A DNA stretch of 64,000 bases from an uncultured Acidobacteriota bacterium (lineage in GTDB: Bacteria; Acidobacteriota; UBA6911): NCBI GenBank assembly GCA_963747985.1, contig CAVVHG010000002.1:33323-97322 (forward strand). Reading direction: 5' to 3'. The position numbers and the translations under genes are program-made. The notes under the pieces were generated by a model, which worked only from the letters and a program-made list of their open reading frames with translations, searched no databases and had not been told where the DNA came from. Below are positions 58,399-64,000 of this stretch, piece after piece (the stretch's first letter is position 1; every line of letters starts with the position of its first letter).

Positions 58399-58887
58399 CT
58401 ATGGAGTCCTTAGCTGTTTGGTGACCTCCTCGGTCACGACTTTTCCGGATCTCAACCTGGTCTCACGGACCAGGAGTACAAAATCGCTCCCGACCTGCTT
58501 TACGAAGCCGTCGAAGAGCCGATCCCTTTCCTGGAGAAAGTAGGCTCTCTTGTCGGGACCCTGGAAAACGGCGACCGGGCCATCCTCGCCGAAAGATGTG
58601 CCCAGGAGCCTGACCTGCGCGATCGGCATGCCCGAGATGCCGGGAGGCGGCGTGCCCTTCGGCTCCTCCTCGTCCGAGCTGTCGTCTTTCCTGGAGGACA
58701 GCGTCGGGTTGAGGAATGGATCGCGCCGGCCATCCGGCTGATAGGCGGACGAACTGTACAGGACCGGAGCCTCGGCCTTCTTCTGCGCCTCGGCAACGGG
58801 TTTGGGCGTCTGGGCGAGCAATGCCGGGACAGGCAGCATTGCCAGGCACTGCAGGAACAGGACCAGACGATCGCGGCAGGTCTTCAT
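58399..58887 (-). CDS. pilP: Pilus assembly lipoprotein PilP
   Basis: It has a signal/lipobox-like N-terminus and an RDPF motif. It sits between pilO and pilQ. Confidence 0.65.
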   Translation of the reverse strand: MKTCRDRLVLFLQCLAMLPVPALLAQTPKPVAEAQKKAEAPVLYSSSAYQPDGRRDPFLNPTLSSRKDDSSDEEEPKGTPPPGISGMPIAQVRLLGTSFGEDGPVAVFQGPDKRAYFLQERDRLFDGFVKQVGSDFVLLVRETRLRSGKVVTEEVTKQLRTP

Positions 58888-58899
58888 GGCTGATTGCTC

Positions 58900-59493
58900 C
58901 TAGTTGCTCGCTGCCTGTGCCGCGTCCTCGCGGTAAACGAAGGTGGTGGCAGTACAGGTGGCGGTTACGGTGCGGGCGGGGTCGGTGGACCCGTCAATGC
59001 CCTTGAGGCTGATGTTCTGGACGTTGATGATGCGCGTAGCCCGGCCGACCTTCTCGAAGAATTGTCCCAGTGAGTTGTAGGACCCTTCGACCTCCATGCT
59101 GATCGGCCAGTCGGTATAGAAGTCCCGCGGAACCAGCGGTTGGGGATCGAACTTGCGGATCTTCAGGTTGCTGGTCGAAGCCATTTCCTGGACGCTCCGC
59201 AGTACGATCGGGGTCTCCTTCTGTTCCGGCAGGATGCGTCGCAGTGTGTGCAGACGCTCGGCGAGCTCGGCGACCTCCTGCTTGTAACGGGAGAGCTGGC
59301 TCGCGAAAGCGCTGGCCTGGGCGACCGATTTCTCGAGCTTGGTCACCTCGGTTTTGAGGGCATTGCGCTCGCTGAGCAGTCCCTGGAGGTAGACGAAGTA
59401 GACTCCGGCTGCCAGCCCGAGGCCGAGGGCAGCTACGATGGTCATCTGTGTCGATCGCGGCAGGTTTTCCAGACGGTATTTCTCGAGGCCCAT
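58900..59493 (-). CDS. pilO: Pilus assembly protein PilO
   Basis: A single TM segment (IVAALGLGLAAGVYFV) is followed by a coiled-coil and a periplasmic domain, in the operon position after pilN. Confidence 0.7.
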   Translation of the reverse strand: MGLEKYRLENLPRSTQMTIVAALGLGLAAGVYFVYLQGLLSERNALKTEVTKLEKSVAQASAFASQLSRYKQEVAELAERLHTLRRILPEQKETPIVLRSVQEMASTSNLKIRKFDPQPLVPRDFYTDWPISMEVEGSYNSLGQFFEKVGRATRIINVQNISLKGIDGSTDPARTVTATCTATTFVYREDAAQAASN

Positions 59494-59497
59494 TTTC

Positions 59498-60061
59498 CTA
59501 CTCCGCGGGAGTTGCCCGCTTGGCGGTGCAGACGAGCTGGAACTTCGCGAGGTCCTTCGGATCCTCCATCAGCTCCAGGTCCACGTTCTCGAAGTAGCCT
59601 GAAGAGGCTAGGTTTGTTAGCAGGTCCGGGATCACATCACTGTGCCTGGTGTAACCCGTGATCTGAATCCGCTCACCCTTCTGATCCATCGCTGTCAGCC
59701 ACAGGGAAGAGCTGCGCGGAATACTCTGGATTACGTTGTTCATGAGGAGAACAGGCCCGCTCTGTGACTGCTTGAGCCGTTCAATGACATCGATCCTGCT
59801 CTGGTACTGGGCCTTCAGGGCTTCGTACTTCTGTATATCCTTCTTGACTCCCTGGAGGCGGGCGTTCTCGGCACGCAGGCGAGTCCGGCTGGCGCTCAGG
59901 CTCCTGACTTCGCCTCTGAGCTCATACCACCAGGCGCCCACGCCGGCGAGCGGAAGCAGGAGCATCACAGCCAGGAGCGCTCCCGTGCGGGCGACAGCCG
60001 GCTTCGCGGCTGCCTTGCGAACCTTTTGTGTCTTGTCGCGGAAGAGGTTTACTTTGATCAT
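59498..60061 (-). CDS. pilN: Pilus assembly protein PilN
   Basis: The ORF starts MIKVNLF, has a single TM segment (ALLAVMLLLPLAGVGAWWY) and a coiled-coil, and is 187 aa. Confidence 0.7.
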   Translation of the reverse strand: MIKVNLFRDKTQKVRKAAAKPAVARTGALLAVMLLLPLAGVGAWWYELRGEVRSLSASRTRLRAENARLQGVKKDIQKYEALKAQYQSRIDVIERLKQSQSGPVLLMNNVIQSIPRSSSLWLTAMDQKGERIQITGYTRHSDVIPDLLTNLASSGYFENVDLELMEDPKDLAKFQLVCTAKRATPAE

Positions 60062-61131
60062 GGTGCCCTACTCGTCGGCGCTGCGCAGTGCCAGACCGAT
60101 GGCGATGGCCAGGTCGGGGAGTGTTCCTGGATCATCTTCGATGGGAACTGCTTCGGGTCGAAAGAAACGTTCTTGAACGAATCGAAACATTCCGCGGGGA
60201 TGCCAAACTTGCGGGCAAGGGTTTCGATCAGATTAATGGTATGGGAGGCGCCGCCGCTGATGAGCATGCGGTCGACGCGCTCTATCGTGGTGGTTGATTT
60301 CACGAAATCGAAGGTCTTCTGGATTTCGAGGCAGATGATTTCCGTTACCGAATCGATGATGTGCTGCGCTTCGGCCGGGTCAATGCCGTCCACCGGCTCG
60401 CCGTGCTTAAGAGCCTGGGCCTTTTCATAGCCCAGATTGAATTCCTTCTGGAGAAAGTCCGTGTACTGGTTGCCTCCGACTCCAACGTCGCGCGTAAAGA
60501 GGAAGTCCGTACCGGAGACGATGTTGATGGTCATGACACTCGCTCCTATGTCAAGGAGCGCGACTGTGTCGCGGGTGCTCGGACGGTAGTTGACCTCGTA
60601 TGCGTTGAGCAGGGCAAATGCGTCGACGTCGACGACCACCGGCGTCTTGCCTGCCATGGTGATCACGCTGGTGTGATCCGTGATCTTCTCTTTCTTGACC
60701 GCGACGAGCAGGACGTCGAGGTTTCCGGAAGTGCTGTTCTCGCCGAGTACCTGGTAGTCCAGGTTCACGTCGCCGATGTCAAACGGGATGTATTGTTCCG
60801 CTTCCCAGCGGATCGATTCGGCCAACTCCTCCTCGGACTGTGCCGGGAGGGAGATCTTCTTCACGATGACCGAATGGCCGGAGATGGATGTCGCAACCCG
60901 CTTGTTCCTGATGCGCTGCTGGGAGAAGATGCGACCGATCACATCGGAGACCGGCAGCTTGGAGATGATCACCCCGTCGACAATGCAGTCGGGCGAGAGT
61001 TCCTCCATCCCCAGGCTCACGAGCTGGTACCCGCCTCTGCGTCTGGGTTTCAGTTCGATGGTTTTGATGCAACTGGAGCCTATGTCGAGGCCCACAACCT
61101 GTCGATTTAGATTCGGAAGACTGAGCGCCAT
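60058..61131 (-). CDS. pilM: Pilus assembly ATPase-fold protein PilM
   Basis: The actin-like fold includes VGLDIGSSCIKTIELK. The start is chosen at MALSLPN; the ORF table begins at 61224. Confidence 0.8.
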   Translation of the reverse strand: MALSLPNLNRQVVGLDIGSSCIKTIELKPRRRGGYQLVSLGMEELSPDCIVDGVIISKLPVSDVIGRIFSQQRIRNKRVATSISGHSVIVKKISLPAQSEEELAESIRWEAEQYIPFDIGDVNLDYQVLGENSTSGNLDVLLVAVKKEKITDHTSVITMAGKTPVVVDVDAFALLNAYEVNYRPSTRDTVALLDIGASVMTINIVSGTDFLFTRDVGVGGNQYTDFLQKEFNLGYEKAQALKHGEPVDGIDPAEAQHIIDSVTEIICLEIQKTFDFVKSTTTIERVDRMLISGGASHTINLIETLARKFGIPAECFDSFKNVSFDPKQFPSKMIQEHSPTWPSPSVWHCAAPTSRAP

Positions 61132-61517
61132 GTGGGATCGAATCCTGCTTTCCCGGACCCTGGTCCGAGGGATAACGGGGGCTGATGTCTGCCAGCTACA
61201 TACTGTTTCCGAAAGCGGCGCCACATTTCAGGTGCTGCCCCGCTATGCAACCATGTTTGTCCTGTCGGGGACCGTGCCGCTCCTGCCTGTTCTTATCGTG
61301 CGGAAGGTGCAGAACCTTTGGATTTTTTTTGGCGCGGCCCGAAATAGCCGTCAGGCGGCCCCGACACACCGCCCGTCGGGAGGCCGCGGCGGCTCCCGGG
61401 CGACCCCGAAAGCCCGCGAATCGGGCCTCACGGACGGCCAAAAAACCTTGACACTCAGCGGTTGCTCCAGTAGCCTTTTAGGATTCTTTTGCGGATAACT
61501 TGGTGATGGAGCGGAAA

Positions 61518-61946
61518 ATGAGGAGTCACATCCCGGCGGAAAAGGAGATGGATAAGAAATGGCACGTGGTGGATGCCGAGGGGAGGATCCTCGGGCGCCT
61601 GGCGGCACGTGTGGCGAGGCTGCTGACGGGGAAGGACAAACCGATCTACACTCCGTTCCTCGATACCGGTGACCACGTGATTGTCATCAACGCCGAGAAG
61701 GTCCACCTCACGGGGAAGAAACTTACCGACAAGATGTACCGACACCACACCGGCTATCCCGGCGGGCTGCGCCAGATCAGCGCCGGAGACCTTCTGGAAA
61801 AGCAGCCGGAGAAGGTGGTCCGCGAGGCTGTGATCGGCATGCTCCCGAAGACCAAACTCGGGCGGGCGATGCGGAAGAAACTGAGGGTATACCGCGGGCC
61901 TCACCACCCGCACCAGGCGCAGAAACCGACCGTTCTGGCCGTTTGA
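61518..61946 (+). CDS. rplM: 50S ribosomal protein L13
   Basis: [32 protein letters not shown] is preceded by an RBS GGAG upstream of the ATG at 61518. Confidence 0.9.
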   Translation: MRSHIPAEKEMDKKWHVVDAEGRILGRLAARVARLLTGKDKPIYTPFLDTGDHVIVINAEKVHLTGKKLTDKMYRHHTGYPGGLRQISAGDLLEKQPEKVVREAVIGMLPKTKLGRAMRKKLRVYRGPHHPHQAQKPTVLAV

Positions 61947-61998
61947 GCCGGACGGGACCAATCGGCGTGCGGCACGTCTCAGGCAAAGGAGTCAAGGC

Positions 61999-62394
61999 TT
62001 GGCAACTACGCAAGAATATTACGGAACGGGAAAAAGGAAATCCTCAACCGCGCGCGTGTTTCTCTCTCCTGGCGCAGGCAACATGACCGTAAACAAGCGC
62101 GACCTGACCCAATACTTCCCCAACGAAACGCAGCGCACACTGATCCGCTATCCCTTGACCTTGACCGACAACGTCGGCAAGTTCGACGTCCGCATCACGG
62201 TGGATGGCGGCGGGATTGTGGGTCAGGCCGGGGCAATCCGCCTGGGCATTACCAAGGCCTTGATTGAGTTCAATGCCGAGTTGCGGGCGCGGCTGAAACG
62301 CGCGGGCCTCCTCACGAGGGACTCCAGGATCAAGGAGAGGAAGAAATACGGCCAGAAGGGCGCGCGCAAGCGTTTCCAATTCTCGAAGCGATAA
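61999..62394 (+). CDS. rpsI: 30S ribosomal protein S9
   Basis: The ORF starts [14 protein letters not shown] and ends [14 protein letters not shown]. Confidence 0.9.
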   Translation: MATTQEYYGTGKRKSSTARVFLSPGAGNMTVNKRDLTQYFPNETQRTLIRYPLTLTDNVGKFDVRITVDGGGIVGQAGAIRLGITKALIEFNAELRARLKRAGLLTRDSRIKERKKYGQKGARKRFQFSKR

Positions 62395-62409
62395 TCCAGG
62401 AGGTTCTGT

Positions 62410-63540
62410 TTGGTTTCCATTACGATGAAGCAGTTGCTGGAGGCCGGGGTGCACTTCGGCCACCAGACCAAGCGCTGGAACCCGAAGATGAAGGAGTACA
62501 TCTTCGGTGAACGCAACGGCATTTACATCATCGATCTGCAGAAGAGCCTCAGGCTCTTCCGGAATGCCATCCAGTTCGTCTTCGAGCTGGGATGCCACGG
62601 CAAGGCGATCCTCTTTCTGGGCACGAAACGCCAGGCTCAGGACGTGATCCAGGAGGAAGCGGTCCGCTGCGGCATGTACTACGTCAACCAGCGCTGGCTC
62701 GGCGGGCTCCTCACCAATTTCGTGACCATCCAGAAGAGCATCAAGCGGTTCCGCGAGCTGGAAACCATGCGCGCCGGCGGACAGTACGATCTGTTTTCCA
62801 AGAAAGAGGTGGCGCGGCTCGAACGGGAGCGCAAGAAACTCGAGAAGAACCTCTCGGGCATCAAGGAAATGGCCAGTTTGCCGGATGCCGTGTTCGTGGT
62901 GGACACGAACGCAGAATCCATTGCGATCAAAGAGGCCCGCAAACTCGGTATCCCGGTGATAGGGGTGGCCGACACCAACTGTGATCCGGAGCAGGTCGAC
63001 TACATCATACCGGGGAATGACGACGCGCTGCGCGCCATCCGCCTGATCGCCAACACCGTCTCCCAGGCGTACCTCGACGGAAGAGCGGTGTTCGAAGCTC
63101 AGCAGAAGGAGCTGGCGGAGCAGATGGAGAAACAGAGGCAGATTCAGGCACAGCAGGCTGCCGCCGCACGTGAGGCCGCGGCCAGGGCTGCCGCTGAGGC
63201 GGCTGCACGCAGAGCGGCCGAGGGGAAGGTAGCCGCCGAGTCCGGGGCTCAGCCGGCTGAGGCCGGCGCCGCGGGCGAGGCTGCAGGCAGGCCCCGGACC
63301 ACGATCAAGAGAACGCTGCAGCGCAAGACCAAGCCGAGGAAGACCGAGGCGGACGTGCAGGCTGAACCCGCTGCGGGTCAGGCAGAGGCTGAGGACCAGG
63401 TCGAGGCCTCCGGCGCGGGTCCTTCAGAAGTGCAAGCTGAACCCTCCCCGAGCCCGGTTTCCGAGGGCGCTTCAGAGCCGGCCGACGCGCCCGAGAGCGG
63501 CGCGGCGGGAGACGAGGGGCAGGAAGTCCAGGGCGACTGA
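62410..63540 (+). CDS. rpsB: 30S ribosomal protein S2 with a ~130-aa Ala/Glu-rich C-terminal extension
   Basis: The S2 core reads [22 protein letters not shown]...VVDTN...GVADTNCDP, followed by a low-complexity tail to 63540. Confidence 0.9.
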   Translation: MVSITMKQLLEAGVHFGHQTKRWNPKMKEYIFGERNGIYIIDLQKSLRLFRNAIQFVFELGCHGKAILFLGTKRQAQDVIQEEAVRCGMYYVNQRWLGGLLTNFVTIQKSIKRFRELETMRAGGQYDLFSKKEVARLERERKKLEKNLSGIKEMASLPDAVFVVDTNAESIAIKEARKLGIPVIGVADTNCDPEQVDYIIPGNDDALRAIRLIANTVSQAYLDGRAVFEAQQKELAEQMEKQRQIQAQQAAAAREAAARAAAEAAARRAAEGKVAAESGAQPAEAGAAGEAAGRPRTTIKRTLQRKTKPRKTEADVQAEPAAGQAEAEDQVEASGAGPSEVQAEPSPSPVSEGASEPADAPESGAAGDEGQEVQGD

Positions 63541-63689
63541 AGAACCGGTTGCCGCGCCCCGTATTTCCATTCAAGAGAGCCGAGCGGCCGTGAGGCCATG
63601 AGCCCGTCAGGCACGTTGCGCCGACTGCCTCGCGCCTTGCGCGCCACCATTGCAGAGACGGAACGGCCGATTCATGGAGGATCTGATCA

Positions 63690-64000
63690 ATGAACATTTC
63701 AGCCGAACTGGTTAAGGAACTGAGGGAAAAGACCGGAGTCGGCTTCATGGAGTGCAAAGCGGCGCTCCAGGAGGCCCAGGGCAATCTCGAGGAGGCCATC
63801 ACCGTTCTCCGCAAGAAGGGGCTTTCTGCGGGGGCCAAGAAAGCGCATCGGGAAACCAAGGACGGTCTGATCGGCTCCTACGTCCACAACGGGAAGATCG
63901 GTGTTCTGGTGGAAGTCAACTGCGAGAGCGATTTTGTCGCCCGCAACACGGATTTCCAGGCGCTGGCGAAGGACATCGCCATGCACATAGCAGCCAGCGA
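63690..64000 (+). CDS. tsf: Elongation factor Ts (5' part; continues beyond the window)
   Basis: [37 protein letters not shown] is preceded by an RBS ggagg. Confidence 0.85.
   Translation, partial: MNISAELVKELREKTGVGFMECKAALQEAQGNLEEAITVLRKKGLSAGAKKAHRETKDGLIGSYVHNGKIGVLVEVNCESDFVARNTDFQALAKDIAMHIAAS

Noticed and set aside
61321-61330. T-run (ttttttttgg) as a terminator
   Set aside because: No convincing upstream stem, and no plus-strand gene ends nearby. It lies in the divergent pilM/rplM promoter region and is more likely part of an A/T tract in the promoter.

Overview
The window is high-GC (about 62%) bacterial chromosome, probably from an Acidobacteria lineage (Solibacter/Bryobacter-like). 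I base that guess on an ADOP-type duplicated FtsX permease, a TIGR02999-like ECF sigma factor coupled to a Ser/Thr kinase, and many Ser/Thr kinases fused to TolB/PD40 beta-propellers; I ran no database search.

From about 40 kb to the end the content is conserved housekeeping. It runs ECF sigma/anti-sigma, HpcH aldolase, yceD-rpmF-plsX-acpP-fabF, etfBA, pgpH-like 7TM-HD/ybeY/corC, ribD, thiE, accBC, pilMNOPQ, and rplM-rpsI-rpsB-tsf.

From about 4.5 kb to 31 kb the window looks accessory and decayed:
- An integrase pseudogene sits next to tRNA-Arg(CCT), and a truncated Hsp20 gene lies downstream of the tRNA.
- There are five paralogous Ser/Thr kinase genes (with TolB-propeller or TPR C-terminal regions) plus several kinase fragments. 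One fragment is an N-terminal remnant wedged between two full-length kinases. One kinase has its middle replaced by a CPBP intramembrane protease gene. One kinase is frameshifted and C-terminally truncated, with a toxin-antitoxin module immediately downstream.
- A 3' fragment of a second tRNA-Arg(CCT) and an 18-bp perfect direct repeat mark the two ends of a ~17.6 kb segment.
- Two PIN/VapC-type toxin-antitoxin modules flank a DUF4143-type AAA+ ATPase.
- A YtrA-type GntR regulator is coupled to an SPFH/band-7 protein, behind a near-consensus promoter overlapped by a 7-6-7 palindrome.
- A Kelch-propeller protein, a glycoside-hydrolase-like protein and a Gfo/Idh/MocA oxidoreductase form a carbohydrate-processing group.

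The most unusual signal is a ~150-nt conserved module that straddles the start codons of otherwise divergent kinase paralogs, combined with the mosaic kinase fragments. That is compatible with a paralog array diversifying by recombination or gene conversion, but this is inference only. I found no CRISPR array, no rRNA and no intact mobile element.
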